From: a virus
Taxonomy: Duplodnaviria; Heunggongvirae; Uroviricota; Caudoviricetes
Length of the DNA: 64,000 nt
Strand: one strand, 5' to 3'
IMG/VR virus record: IMGVR_UViG_3300025000_000056
The notes below the pieces were generated by a model. It did no database searches, was not told the DNA's origin, and was given only the letters and a program-made list of their open reading frames with translations. Of this stretch, positions 34,164-44,457 are shown piece by piece. The position numbers and the translations under genes are program-made. How positions within the stretch are numbered: position 1 is the first letter of the stretch; each line of letters begins with the position of its first letter.

Positions 34164-35903
34164 TTGCTACAAGTCGAACTGCAAGATAATGGTTTGATCT
34201 TAGATGTAACTTGTAACTATCATCGAGACTATATTGATCGATTAAAGCAAGTTGCTGGTGCACGGTATCATCCTGAAGACAAAAAGTGGACGACGCCCGT
34301 AGGTAGCTTCGATGATTTTGAGGAACTTTTCAAGGGTGAGATTGTTTATATCACACCACGCCATAAAATCCTAGGTGAAACCCCACCTCCGCCGCCTCAA
34401 TGGTATTATGCTATACCCAAGGACTCAATACCTGATATTAAACTAGTCTTGTACAAATTTCAAGAATTCGGTGCTAACTTTTTAGCATACCGAGTCAAAG
34501 AAAAAGGCTTTGCCTTACTCTGTGATGATGTTGGCTTAGGTAAGACACCGAGTTCACTCGGTGCTGCTCAAAAGATGATCGCTGATGGTAATATTAAGAA
34601 TGTCTTAATTGTCTGTCTAAATTCTCTAAAAGGCCAATGGATTCGAGAAGGCATTAACAAGTTCACTTATGAGTCCTCCGTGATGATTGATGGGACACCT
34701 AAGAAACGAGCTAAGATTATTAAAGACGCTCAAAGTCAGGGTATTAGATATACTGTAATTAACTATGATTTACTTCGCGGTCCAGATCTTGACGCTTTAA
34801 TTGGAAAATATGATTTGATCATTTGTGACGAAATCCATTACGCCAAGAATTATAAAGGCGTTACGAATTTAGCCATGTGTAAACTTAAGCCTAAATACTG
34901 GATGTTTTTAACAGGCACACCAATGATGAACCGGCCGGATGAACTCTTTGGTATCTTTCAAATTGCCGATCCTAAGGTCTTTGGTAAGTTTAGCAAGTTC
35001 AGTAAGCGCTTTATTAAGTATGCTTATACTGGACGCTTTAACGAATTTATCGGCTATAGACACTTAGATGAACTTCACGATGAAGTTGGCGAATATATCC
35101 TCAGGCGTACTGCTGAAGAAGTTGAAGTTGACTTACCAGACGTTATTACGTCAGAGTTTTATGTAGATCCAACACCGGTTCAAATAGCTTTAATTAAAGC
35201 TATTGATGAACAGATGTCTGAGCTTCAGGTTAAAGTTGACGCACTGAGACAACGCGGCAAACTCGATGAAGCGGATGCTATGAGTAAAGGTATGCAGGGG
35301 ATGTTAAATCTCAAGATCGGAGCCTCTAGCAGTCCAGAACTATTCACGATGAGTAAATCAGAATCCGTAACTAAAACATACTCCTCAATTGTGAAACGAG
35401 ATATGTCGAGTCCAAAGCTAGATTTACTTAAAGAATTAGTTAGTGAGATTGTGACACAAGGCGATAAGATCGTAATCTTTACGAAGTTCGAACGTATGAC
35501 TCAGATCTTAAGACGTGAACTTAGTAAAATCACGAAGTGCTTAACTTATACTGGTAAATACGGTATTAAGGAGAAAGATATTATCCAAGAGGCCTTCAGG
35601 AACGATACAACAGTTAAAATTCTAATTGGCACCGAAGCCATGGCAACAGGATTAAACTTAGAAAAAGGTAAGTATGTGATTAATTACGATTTACCTTGGG
35701 GTCCGGCTACGTATACTCAACGCAATGGGAGAATCCGGCGTATTAATTCTAAGTTTAAGAAAGTCTTTGTCTATAACTTGATGACTCGTGAGACATTAGA
35801 TGAAGCCGTCTATGCTGCTATTAAGAAAAAGCAGAATCTGGCTAATGCCTTATATGGAAATTCTGAAAGTCAATCTAAAGCCTTAAAGGAGCTGATGAAT
35901 TAG
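34164..35903 (+). CDS. SNF2-family (DEAD/DEAH-like) helicase
   Basis: TTG start 7 nt after AGGAGG; motif I LGKT, motif II DEIH, helicase C-terminal motifs. Confidence 0.75.
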   Translation: MLQVELQDNGLILDVTCNYHRDYIDRLKQVAGARYHPEDKKWTTPVGSFDDFEELFKGEIVYITPRHKILGETPPPPPQWYYAIPKDSIPDIKLVLYKFQEFGANFLAYRVKEKGFALLCDDVGLGKTPSSLGAAQKMIADGNIKNVLIVCLNSLKGQWIREGINKFTYESSVMIDGTPKKRAKIIKDAQSQGIRYTVINYDLLRGPDLDALIGKYDLIICDEIHYAKNYKGVTNLAMCKLKPKYWMFLTGTPMMNRPDELFGIFQIADPKVFGKFSKFSKRFIKYAYTGRFNEFIGYRHLDELHDEVGEYILRRTAEEVEVDLPDVITSEFYVDPTPVQIALIKAIDEQMSELQVKVDALRQRGKLDEADAMSKGMQGMLNLKIGASSSPELFTMSKSESVTKTYSSIVKRDMSSPKLDLLKELVSEIVTQGDKIVIFTKFERMTQILRRELSKITKCLTYTGKYGIKEKDIIQEAFRNDTTVKILIGTEAMATGLNLEKGKYVINYDLPWGPATYTQRNGRIRRINSKFKKVFVYNLMTRETLDEAVYAAIKKKQNLANALYGNSESQSKALKELMN

Positions 35904-36088
35904 TGTCAGAAGTTAGAGGACAGAGCACAAATATTACTTATTTAGACGATGCTTGGGAGCGAGATAACAGCTATCCTTGTGATCATTGCGGTGCTATGAT
36001 TGGCCCTGAGAATTGTCAGTGTCCTGGATGTAACATTAGTCTTTGTAGCTCTTGTGAACTACGACATGAATGCGATGAAATAAACTAA
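35903..36088 (+). CDS. small zinc-binding protein (CDHCG..CQCPGC..CSSC..HEC)
   Basis: ORF track; start overlaps the helicase stop. Confidence 0.45.
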   Translation: MSEVRGQSTNITYLDDAWERDNSYPCDHCGAMIGPENCQCPGCNISLCSSCELRHECDEIN

Positions 36089-36100
36089 GGAGATGAACCA

Positions 36101-36865
36101 ATGCTTGAAATAAAAGAGTTAGATCCAACAATTCTTACGTTGAGCGACGATCAAAAGATCGTCGCTCTAAAGGGCATTAAAGACATGCATCATGGTCTTA
36201 GCTATGTCCATGAGATGATTGAAAGTGACACACTTTCGATTGGTATGCGTGATAATATGTGCAGTTTACTAGATCATTACCTCAAAGAACTCGCAGAACC
36301 TATTGGCTACGCATCCCAAGCGGCTGCTCGAATTGAAGAACAACACGCTAAAGTTCGTAAGCTTAACGGCCGAATTCATGAATTAGAACGTCAGTTAGGC
36401 GAAGCTATGCCAATCGATATGATTCCTAATACATTGAGAAACCTTAGAGATGGCATTGCATCCTGGTGGGGAAATCAAATGTCTGGTAGTCATATCTTTG
36501 ATTTTGATTATGGGCCTTATGGTACGGTTGATATCAAATTCAGCTTTTCCTTTGATCGAATTTCTTCATGGTCGAAGTCTCCGACAACCGATAAGACTAA
36601 GAAAGTTCAAGCTCGGGAAGACCTAGAGAATCAAGGTTATATCTTCGTTCAAGATGAAAGTGAACACAGGCTACTTGATTGCGATAAGAATCGAGAACTC
36701 TTATTTGCTTTATTAAAAGAAACCTTCCCATCGATTACTATTCGTTATTGGGAAAATCGCAGTGTTCATAGAAAGGATCACTTATTTACACTATGGGGAA
36801 TTCACGCAACGATTCGAGAAATTAGTGACTTGGTGGTGACTAAGGATGTTGCCGCGGCAGATTAA
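36101..36865 (+). CDS. hypothetical protein
   Basis: ORF track; AAGGAG RBS. Confidence 0.5.
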   Translation: MLEIKELDPTILTLSDDQKIVALKGIKDMHHGLSYVHEMIESDTLSIGMRDNMCSLLDHYLKELAEPIGYASQAAARIEEQHAKVRKLNGRIHELERQLGEAMPIDMIPNTLRNLRDGIASWWGNQMSGSHIFDFDYGPYGTVDIKFSFSFDRISSWSKSPTTDKTKKVQAREDLENQGYIFVQDESEHRLLDCDKNRELLFALLKETFPSITIRYWENRSVHRKDHLFTLWGIHATIREISDLVVTKDVAAAD

Positions 36866-37364
36866 GTTCGGAAAGCTTTATGATCCTAAATTATTCAAAC
36901 CCATTGAGAATTACTCATATGTCTGCAAGCCTAATGGTGGTCTTTGGTGTTCGACTTACACTCCAGATCAAAAGTTCTTATCTCAATGGCATGAATGGTG
37001 TACGCATGAACAATTTAGAAATTATACAGAAGCTTCTATCTTAACGATCGATCCACTAGCTCGTGTTTATACGATTGATACTCAAATGGATTTGATCCGG
37101 TTTGTAAATCTCGTTGGAATTCACGAACCGGAAAATACAACCTTTAAGCATCATCATATTCCAGATTTTGAACAAGCTGCTAAGATCTTTGATGTAATTC
37201 ATTTGACAAGTATGGGTCAAATAGCTACTCGTTTTCCTCAACATGCTCGTGATTTTAATCTTTATGGATGGGATGTCGAATGCTGTCTAGTCTTAAGGTC
37301 TGAAACTATTACTAGTTGGGAGGAGTTGAATTTACTTGGTCATGCGGTATGCAAAAACACTTGA
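36846..37364 (+). CDS. hypothetical protein
   Basis: ORF track. Confidence 0.45.
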   Translation: MLPRQIKFGKLYDPKLFKPIENYSYVCKPNGGLWCSTYTPDQKFLSQWHEWCTHEQFRNYTEASILTIDPLARVYTIDTQMDLIRFVNLVGIHEPENTTFKHHHIPDFEQAAKIFDVIHLTSMGQIATRFPQHARDFNLYGWDVECCLVLRSETITSWEELNLLGHAVCKNT

Positions 37365-37542
37365 AGAGATCATGAATGAGTATTATCTAATTCCAAAGGA
37401 TCAAGCTCGTGAACTTTTCAAAGAGGCTGCAGAACAAGTTTCTGAAGAAATGAATATCGGTATCTATGATGAAGAACTCACTGCGGATTCCAATATTCGT
37501 ACCGTCGAGATTATTCAAGAGAAAGTTAGAAAAAGCTTCTAG
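37336..37542 (+). CDS. hypothetical protein
   Basis: ORF track. Confidence 0.4.
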   Translation: MVMRYAKTLEEIMNEYYLIPKDQARELFKEAAEQVSEEMNIGIYDEELTADSNIRTVEIIQEKVRKSF

Positions 37543-37544
37543 TT

Positions 37545-37580
37545 CATCCTCCACCTCTCCCTCTCGGGAGGTGGAGGATT
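37545..37580 (+). terminator. hairpin ATCCTCCACCTCTCCC-TCTC-GGGAGGTGGAGGAT, family member
   Basis: Inverted repeat read from sequence. Confidence 0.5.
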
Positions 37581-37609
37581 TCACTCTTTGTCACATCTCG
37601 TTAGATGTG

Positions 37610-37700
37610 TGGATTGAAACACTTAATTTATGTAACAAAATGTGATATAATAGGAGAAAGGAGAGTATAATTCGCGTTACAATTTGTAATACTAAGAAGA
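37610..37700 (+). promoter_or_regulatory. two tandem consensus promoter motifs (tatgtaacaaaatgtgatataat ; cgttacaatttgtaatact)
   Basis: Members of the recurring promoter family, upstream of the MoxR-VWA pair. Confidence 0.45.
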
Positions 37701-37725
37701 AGAATTTAAGGAGGAATTGTTAATT

Positions 37726-39021
37726 ATGGCAATGGCATTAATGGACAGTGCTGATGAGGATGTATTGGTCGTAAGCGCACCGAAACAAACAGTTGACGTA
37801 AAGATTTTGGCTGCACAGGGTATCGCTAATTTGAAGGCAATTGCTGATGAACTCAACGATCAATTCGTGGAAAGAATTGAAATAGTACAAGATATAATCC
37901 GAGCGGTCGTTACTAAGAATCATCTGTTTATCATGGGGCCTCCGGGAACAGCAAAATCTGAATTAACTCGTGCTTTCACGGGACATATCGATCAAGCAAA
38001 TTACTTTGAATGGTTGTTAAACAAAACGTCAGATCCAGCGGATATACTGGGTCCTTATAGTTTAAAAGGTATGGAGAAGGACAAGTTCGAACGTAAATCT
38101 AAAGGCCGCTTGCCTGAGGCTCATATCGTGTTCTTGGATGAAATCTGGAAATCGAATGAACCAACTCTGAACATCTTACTTCCGATCATCAATGAACGTA
38201 TCTTTTATAATGACGGTGTGCCTAATGATGTTCCGCTATACTCTATGTTTTGTGCCTCGAATGAAACACCAGAAGATGAAAGCTTAGCAGCGCTTTACGA
38301 TAGACTCATGTTTAGGCATAATGCTCAGTACGTTAAAGAACCGGCAAACAAAGTTAAGATGGCTAAACAATCGGTTGAGCGCCGTAATCCCGCCATTAAG
38401 ACTCATTTTAAACACACTTTAGTGACACTCGAAGAACTCGAAGCCATTCACGAAATACTGGAAGAAGTTCTTATTCCGGACGATATCTATAAGACCTTCG
38501 AGAAGCTTGGTCGTGAACTTAACAAAGAAGGCATTTACTTCTCTGATAGACGGTATGTTGCCTGCTTTAAGGTTCTTCAGGGGAACGCCTTAATCAATGG
38601 CCGAACAAGTGTTGATTTTGATGATTTTGTGTCTCTGATTCATGTCTTGTGGGAAAAAGAAGAACACATTAAGATCATTGAAAGCTATGTTATGAAGCTA
38701 ATCAATCCTTATGATGACAAAGTTAAAGAGCTTTATGATACGGCTATAGAAATCAAGAACCGTACGGAACGTATCGATAATAAGACAGAGAAAGCCGGAG
38801 CGGCTGTAGAGGCTCGTGTTAAGTATGAACAAATCGTCAAGAAGATTGAACGAGTCATTAAAGATGCTCAAACTGCCGGACGTGACGTGACGAATCTAGA
38901 GAAGAAACGTGACGATATCATCAAAATGAATGAAGAGATGATTCAGGAAGTTTTACAAATTCCCAAAGCAGCCGCTCGTAAAAGAACCACAACCGATGAC
39001 GAAGAGGCTATGCCGTTCTGA
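37726..39021 (+). CDS. MoxR-like AAA+ ATPase with C-terminal ..EEAMPF tip
   Basis: Walker A GPPGTAKS; Walker B FLDEIWK; AAA_3-like architecture; PF C-terminus. Confidence 0.7.
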   Translation: MAMALMDSADEDVLVVSAPKQTVDVKILAAQGIANLKAIADELNDQFVERIEIVQDIIRAVVTKNHLFIMGPPGTAKSELTRAFTGHIDQANYFEWLLNKTSDPADILGPYSLKGMEKDKFERKSKGRLPEAHIVFLDEIWKSNEPTLNILLPIINERIFYNDGVPNDVPLYSMFCASNETPEDESLAALYDRLMFRHNAQYVKEPANKVKMAKQSVERRNPAIKTHFKHTLVTLEELEAIHEILEEVLIPDDIYKTFEKLGRELNKEGIYFSDRRYVACFKVLQGNALINGRTSVDFDDFVSLIHVLWEKEEHIKIIESYVMKLINPYDDKVKELYDTAIEIKNRTERIDNKTEKAGAAVEARVKYEQIVKKIERVIKDAQTAGRDVTNLEKKRDDIIKMNEEMIQEVLQIPKAAARKRTTTDDEEAMPF

Positions 39022-39067
39022 GATAATGATTGGTTAGAACAATATGAAGACGAGGAGATGATGTAAC

Positions 39068-40870
39068 TTGACTATAAAAATAGCAGAACCGACGGTCGCA
39101 GGGCCGTCAGTTGCTTCTATCTTCGGAGTTAGTGAAACCGCTCAGGAATTCAAACCCATTGTCAAGACAGATCATGCCGTTAATGTAGATTGGGCTGATA
39201 TTGATATATATCAAGATCTTATCAGTCAATCTCCTGCCATGGCAGATAACTTACGAGCTGGTCATGAACACTTAAAAACTTTCGATACACTAAGTCAAGA
39301 CTTATTCGGAGCGTTGTTTAAGTATACGCCTAAAGTCGCCGAACAAGGCGAAATGAAAGCCAGTCATAAGTTAAACCACAAGCTTATAACAGAGCTTATG
39401 GACACGCCTGAGTATGCTAATTTAAGACAAAATACCAGACTTGATATCCTAGGTTCAGCAATCGCCACTGAAGTTATGCAACAAGAAGCTTCTCGCCGTG
39501 TCATCGCTATTAAAGAAGATTATAATCGTAAGCGAGAAGAAAGTGAAGGAGAAGGCGGCGAAGGTGAAGACGGAGAACCTGGCGGTAGCGGAGGAGGTTC
39601 TGGTTCTGGAGGCGGAGGAGGCCAAAGCAAGCCGCCAATGGATCCGGATATTTTAAAGGCCATTAACGGACTTATCGAACAAGAAAAGAAGAAACAAGAT
39701 CTTCAAAAGAAACTTGACGATATGAAAAAGAAGCAATCCGGCAATGGTCAAGGAGATCCCGGTGGTCAAGGTGGTAACCCTGGTGCTGGTGGTGGTAGTA
39801 ACGGTCAAGGCGTTACCGATGAAGAAGCCGAAGCTATGGCTAAATTACAACAACAAATGCAAGAGATTCAAGATGACATCGATGCCAAGGAACAGCAAAT
39901 TGATGAACAACTTGACAATGGTGCCGCAACAGAACTTCAACAAGTCATGGCTAAGGCCGCCGATAAGGCTGATAAAGACATTGATGAGGTTCGCGATTTC
40001 TTAAATGCATGGGGGATGGAAAAGGGTGATATAGCGCAGCGCATACCCATTGAAGAGAAGAAAGCCGCACTCGAACGCATCCGTGGATCGTCAAAACTTA
40101 AAGAGTTCTCGAAACTGATTGGTCGTTTCCGTGAGCTTGCTATGGATGATCAAAAGAAGAAAACCAAGGATGGCGCTACGAATATTAAGTCCGTCACGAC
40201 AGGTAATAAACTTGAATCTATATTACCTAGTGAAAAACTTAGACTTGCAGCGGGTCCAGTTGTTAAACGTGATTTCTATCGCAAATATAATCAAAAGGAA
40301 CTTCTTCAATACGAGCTTGAAAATACTCAGAAAAAGGGCAAGGGTCCGATTATCTGTTGTGTTGATGTCTCAGGCTCAATGAGTGGTCAAGCGGAAAAAT
40401 GGTCTAAAGCGGTAGCATTAGCATTGCTTGAAATCGCACAAAAACAACGACGTGATTACGCTTGTATTCTATTTGAAAGTTATGTAGATCCTAAGTGGGT
40501 CTATATTGTTCCTAAGGACAGCTTAAAACCTAATATTGTCTTAGATATCGCTGAGACATTTCCAGGCGGCGGCACTAGTTTTGAACCACCATTAAAAGAA
40601 GCCTTAAAGATCTTGAAGATGAATAAGTTTAAATTAGCGGACATTGTCTTTATCACAGATGGTGATTCTCACTTAGAAAAAGGTTTTCTTGAAGAGTTTT
40701 TAAAGATCAAAAAAGAGAAAGAGTTCAGAGTGAAATCTGTCTTGATCGGTTCTGGTGGCTATGGAGCAAGTGACCGTACATTAAAACTCTTTAGTGATGA
40801 TATCGTTACGGTTTCTAAATTAGCTGATGTCGAAGACGAAGTAGCGAGTTCAATCTTTAGTCAGGTGTAA
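39068..40870 (+). CDS. VWA-domain protein (MoxR partner) with Gly-rich low-complexity linker
   Basis: TTG start 9 nt after GAGGAG; MIDAS motif DVSGSMSG; GEGGEGEDGEPGGSGGG low-complexity segment. Confidence 0.65.
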   Translation: MTIKIAEPTVAGPSVASIFGVSETAQEFKPIVKTDHAVNVDWADIDIYQDLISQSPAMADNLRAGHEHLKTFDTLSQDLFGALFKYTPKVAEQGEMKASHKLNHKLITELMDTPEYANLRQNTRLDILGSAIATEVMQQEASRRVIAIKEDYNRKREESEGEGGEGEDGEPGGSGGGSGSGGGGGQSKPPMDPDILKAINGLIEQEKKKQDLQKKLDDMKKKQSGNGQGDPGGQGGNPGAGGGSNGQGVTDEEAEAMAKLQQQMQEIQDDIDAKEQQIDEQLDNGAATELQQVMAKAADKADKDIDEVRDFLNAWGMEKGDIAQRIPIEEKKAALERIRGSSKLKEFSKLIGRFRELAMDDQKKKTKDGATNIKSVTTGNKLESILPSEKLRLAAGPVVKRDFYRKYNQKELLQYELENTQKKGKGPIICCVDVSGSMSGQAEKWSKAVALALLEIAQKQRRDYACILFESYVDPKWVYIVPKDSLKPNIVLDIAETFPGGGTSFEPPLKEALKILKMNKFKLADIVFITDGDSHLEKGFLEEFLKIKKEKEFRVKSVLIGSGGYGASDRTLKLFSDDIVTVSKLADVEDEVASSIFSQV

Positions 40871-40871
40871 T

Positions 40872-41264
40872 ATGAATAGAGTTACAATAGGCTTTGAACT
40901 TCAAGACGCCCTGAAAGATAAGTTATTTCGATTTAGAGCGTTTCGTAAACGCTCTAATCGATCTGGAAAGTGGTTGCCAAAAGTAGAATATCCTATCTAT
41001 ATCTTGACGATGCCCGATTACAGGGTTATCGTCAAGTTTTTGTACTCAGACCGAATTGATATAGTTATTACCGAAACTTATTCTAATAGAGTACTTTGTG
41101 CGGATACACTCATGATAACTACACCTAATTTAACACCAGCCAGTACAGTTCTTGATGGTATTCGTAGTATCTATATTGATGTTATCTATCATGGGTTTAG
41201 ACGTCATAAATTCGACGGATTTCAAAAATGTGAAGATACATCTTTAGGACGGGTTATTGCATAA
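40872..41264 (+). CDS. hypothetical protein
   Basis: ORF track. Confidence 0.45.
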   Translation: MNRVTIGFELQDALKDKLFRFRAFRKRSNRSGKWLPKVEYPIYILTMPDYRVIVKFLYSDRIDIVITETYSNRVLCADTLMITTPNLTPASTVLDGIRSIYIDVIYHGFRRHKFDGFQKCEDTSLGRVIA

Positions 41265-41300
41265 TTGTGTTACAAAAGGTTATACTATAAGTAATGGAGG
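41265..41300 (+). promoter_or_regulatory. consensus promoter-leader motif (gtgttacaaaaggttatactataagtaatggagg)
   Basis: Member of the recurring promoter family. Confidence 0.45.
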
Positions 41301-41309
41301 TTAACTAAC

Positions 41310-41747
41310 TTGGAATTCTTAAATAAGGTTGTTGAACCGTGTGCTAACGTCTATTTGATTCATGATCGTAAGGTCTTATTAATCAAACACCCAAAGAGTC
41401 ATAATTATGTAGGCGTTGGCGGCCATAAAGAAGTCTATGAATCCCTTTATGAGTGTGCTGTACGAGAAACTTTCGAAGAATCTAGGATTATGATTAATAC
41501 TGTTGATTGTTCCGAATTTGATATTCAAGAAAATCCAAGACCATTATGTTCTTACTTATTTGAACTCGGAAATCACTTACACGATGTTTCCGTCTTTGTT
41601 TTTAAGACGGATCAATCTGAACTTAAATTCGAAACACCAGATCAAATCGGTGGCTGGTATTCGTTCGAAGAATCAACTTATTTTACAATGAGTGAGTTTA
41701 CATCTCGTATTTTGAAATATCTAAAGGCCAGAAACATTATTGATTAA
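41310..41747 (+). CDS. NUDIX hydrolase
   Basis: TTG start; Nudix box GVGGHKEVYESLYECAVRETFEESRI (Gx5Ex7REUxEExGU). Confidence 0.7.
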   Translation: MEFLNKVVEPCANVYLIHDRKVLLIKHPKSHNYVGVGGHKEVYESLYECAVRETFEESRIMINTVDCSEFDIQENPRPLCSYLFELGNHLHDVSVFVFKTDQSELKFETPDQIGGWYSFEESTYFTMSEFTSRILKYLKARNIID

Positions 41748-41760
41748 GGAGGTCAAATTA

Positions 41761-42021
41761 ATGCTCTGTGCAACTTGTGGTACACGTTATGAATTAAAAG
41801 AAATTGGCGTTGCCTTGGTTCGAGTTCAGCCAGCTATGGGTATTACGTCAGAACGTGTCTTAGGTTTATCTTCCGGAGATCTATGGAAATGTATTAAATG
41901 TGGTCATGGAATTCTTCGAGACATCGGTGAGGAATACGCTCATGGAGAATTGGCTCAGCGTTATGTCAATGATTTAACAGAACGCGGTGTCCCAATGGTT
42001 AAGCAGATGGTTCCCTGGTGA
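41761..42021 (+). CDS. zinc-ribbon protein (CATCG...CIKCGH)
   Basis: ATG 8 nt after AAGGAGG. Confidence 0.45.
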   Translation: MLCATCGTRYELKEIGVALVRVQPAMGITSERVLGLSSGDLWKCIKCGHGILRDIGEEYAHGELAQRYVNDLTERGVPMVKQMVPW

Positions 42022-42626
42022 TGAAGCATTTATTACTTAGTAGTGGATTTACAGAGTCGACTTGTAAGGTTCCAGTGATTATTAATTATAATGGAACAAG
42101 AGCAGTAACTTGGGATGATGCTCCTATTTACTTTAAAGAAACAACTAGACATAAGATCTTATTTAAAGAATATGCTGGTAAAGTTGAAATATTGATCTTA
42201 AAGTTAACGAATACCAGTCAAAAGTTGCTTTATAAGACTGAGTTATCGTTAACTGCTTGGGAGCCCGAAGACATTTTAGATATGGCTCGGGACTATTATA
42301 ATCGAGCAATTCGTAAGGAACTAGTGACTAATACTCAGAAACAACCAAAAGGGAAACTTATGCGTATGCATTATACATCACATTCTGAGGATGGCAAGGG
42401 GATCTTTCAAGCTTATAAACCTGCTTATTATCAGGAGAAATTTAAGGATCAAAAGAAACCTTATTATAATGAGATTATACCCAGGGATCAACTCTTATGG
42501 TCGGCATCAGAACCAGAAGCTCTATATCGACGAGCTGGTTGGCCTGACTCACGTAAAGAATGTGAAATACTTGTAGCTAAAGCTGGTTTTGACCCTGTAG
42601 ATTACGTATGGCTAGGAGGAAATTAA
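42018..42626 (+). CDS. hypothetical protein
   Basis: ORF track. Confidence 0.45.
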   Translation: MMKHLLLSSGFTESTCKVPVIINYNGTRAVTWDDAPIYFKETTRHKILFKEYAGKVEILILKLTNTSQKLLYKTELSLTAWEPEDILDMARDYYNRAIRKELVTNTQKQPKGKLMRMHYTSHSEDGKGIFQAYKPAYYQEKFKDQKKPYYNEIIPRDQLLWSASEPEALYRRAGWPDSRKECEILVAKAGFDPVDYVWLGGN

Positions 42627-43592
42627 ATGACAACGACTGTTGTAAAGACTAATGATCAACTTGATCCGAGTATTTTACTTGGTCACTTGGAATTTCATTA
42701 TATTCCAGATCTCAAAATTCATAAAGATGATCTGACCAAGTTATTTACCAAGAATAATCTGCCGCTAAGTTATATGCCTAATGAGATCAAACCTCATGAT
42801 GCGTATAGACGAGCAACGGCAACGGCTGCCCAAACTTTAGAAATCCAATACGATGGCAACACAAAGACTGCTAAGTTACTTGTTCGTGAAGTAGCTTGTG
42901 ATAACAAGCGAGTCATGCGCCACCTGGTCCGCGAAGTAATTGACCAGGCTCAGGAAAAGCCTATGTACATCACCGTTGGTAAAATGGAATACGATCGCGA
43001 CAATGAGCTCATGCGTGTTAGCTGGGACTCTAGTTTCTTAGTCGAGTATGATTATAAGGGAATTGTCCAATCCATCGAAGCCTTATTTACCGAATGGACT
43101 CAGTATCATACTAAAGATACCGTTCGTACGATTGTAACCCGAATGATTAAAGAAACCAATCCTGTAAGTATCATGAGTCGTGGTAAGGCGGTCTTTATTC
43201 CTAAGTCGTCAACCGATCGACTCAAAGATATTAAAGCTCTAGTCGAAGATTTACATCCTTGGGCTATAGAACCAACGGCAATGGATCTGCTACCTATGAT
43301 CGATACAGTCGATCAACGTAATTTTATCGGTAATCGACTTCAAGGGGATGTTGTTCATGAAGCCAATGAACTAATGGCTGATTTCGCTGAATTACTCAGT
43401 AAACGCGGAGCCCTAAGATTAAAGACGGTTCAGAACTATACTAAACAGATCATGGATCTTCGTAATAAGGTCGATGACTATGAAGTATTACTTGGTGCCA
43501 CAATGACGACACTTAATCAGCAACTACAACTAGCGCTAACAAATATTCAAATTGCGCCACTGGAGAGTGATGGTAATGGCGAGACAGTGTGA
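42627..43592 (+). CDS. hypothetical protein
   Basis: ORF track; GGAGGA RBS. Confidence 0.5.
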   Translation: MTTTVVKTNDQLDPSILLGHLEFHYIPDLKIHKDDLTKLFTKNNLPLSYMPNEIKPHDAYRRATATAAQTLEIQYDGNTKTAKLLVREVACDNKRVMRHLVREVIDQAQEKPMYITVGKMEYDRDNELMRVSWDSSFLVEYDYKGIVQSIEALFTEWTQYHTKDTVRTIVTRMIKETNPVSIMSRGKAVFIPKSSTDRLKDIKALVEDLHPWAIEPTAMDLLPMIDTVDQRNFIGNRLQGDVVHEANELMADFAELLSKRGALRLKTVQNYTKQIMDLRNKVDDYEVLLGATMTTLNQQLQLALTNIQIAPLESDGNGETV

Positions 43593-43833
43593 ACAGTGTA
43601 AGCAACTTGACAAACTAGAAGCTGCTGTTAATAAGTTGTCAGATCAAGAAGTTCATTTACTTCATATTGCAGCTCAAAGTCTTTATTTTGCCGATAGTTC
43701 AGATTATAAGGCCGCATTGCAAAGTATTGTAGCTACGATTCTTGTTGATGGTACAATTGCTTTCTCTGAGATTACCAGCGATATGATGAAAATCATTAAT
43801 CCTAAATGGCCTGCTGATCACGAAGATAGTTAG
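43552..43833 (+). CDS. hypothetical protein (CEQC)
   Basis: ORF track. Confidence 0.4.
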   Translation: MRHWRVMVMARQCEQCKQLDKLEAAVNKLSDQEVHLLHIAAQSLYFADSSDYKAALQSIVATILVDGTIAFSEITSDMMKIINPKWPADHEDS

Positions 43834-43875
43834 GGGAGTAATCCTAATAGGACGTTGCTGTGAGGTGATTTATGA

Positions 43876-44046
43876 GTGCTGACAATCTTAATTACAGCGA
43901 TATCCGGCTTACTTGCAGGAGCGGCCGGATATCGCTACTGGAACAGGCCACGGTACAATGAAGAACCAATTGTAGATCCTTACTGGGATAATGAAGAGTA
44001 TGTTTCAGCATGGAAAAACCGAAAGACAAGCCACGCTATGAGTTAA
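43876..44046 (+). CDS. small membrane protein (about 56 aa)
   Basis: GTG 8 nt after GAGGTG; contains an internal 9-bp-stem hairpin. Confidence 0.3.
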   Translation: MLTILITAISGLLAGAAGYRYWNRPRYNEEPIVDPYWDNEEYVSAWKNRKTSHAMS

Positions 44047-44076
44047 TGCCGTAGAGGAAACGGTAATTTTAGGAGG

Positions 44077-44457
44077 GTGATTAATATGCCAAAATTATGT
44101 CCACATTGTAAAACCAGTACTAGTTTTAAGGGATATATCCAGAAACAAGCCGTTATTTCTATGGCTGATGAAGCTCCAAATATCACTAAGGAAAACAAGG
44201 ATTCATCACTTGTCATTACCCAATGTGCTGATTGCGATGTCGCAGTTAAAGCCTCTGAACTACTTGATGCAAATTATTGTTCGGAATGTAATGAACTTAT
44301 TCCAGTTAGTGATCTGGAGGACAATGCCGAGGGAAAGCCTGTATGCGTTGCCTGTCTAGTAGCCGGGGAACGCTCGGATCTGATGGACTTGAGTCAGGCA
44401 CAACTGATCCGGAAATTATTAGAACTCGAGAAACAAGTCAAGGGAGCAAGCCAGTGA
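44077..44457 (+). CDS. zinc-finger protein (CPHC..CADC..CSEC..CVAC)
   Basis: ORF track; GGAGGG RBS. Confidence 0.5.
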   Translation: MINMPKLCPHCKTSTSFKGYIQKQAVISMADEAPNITKENKDSSLVITQCADCDVAVKASELLDANYCSECNELIPVSDLEDNAEGKPVCVACLVAGERSDLMDLSQAQLIRKLLELEKQVKGASQ

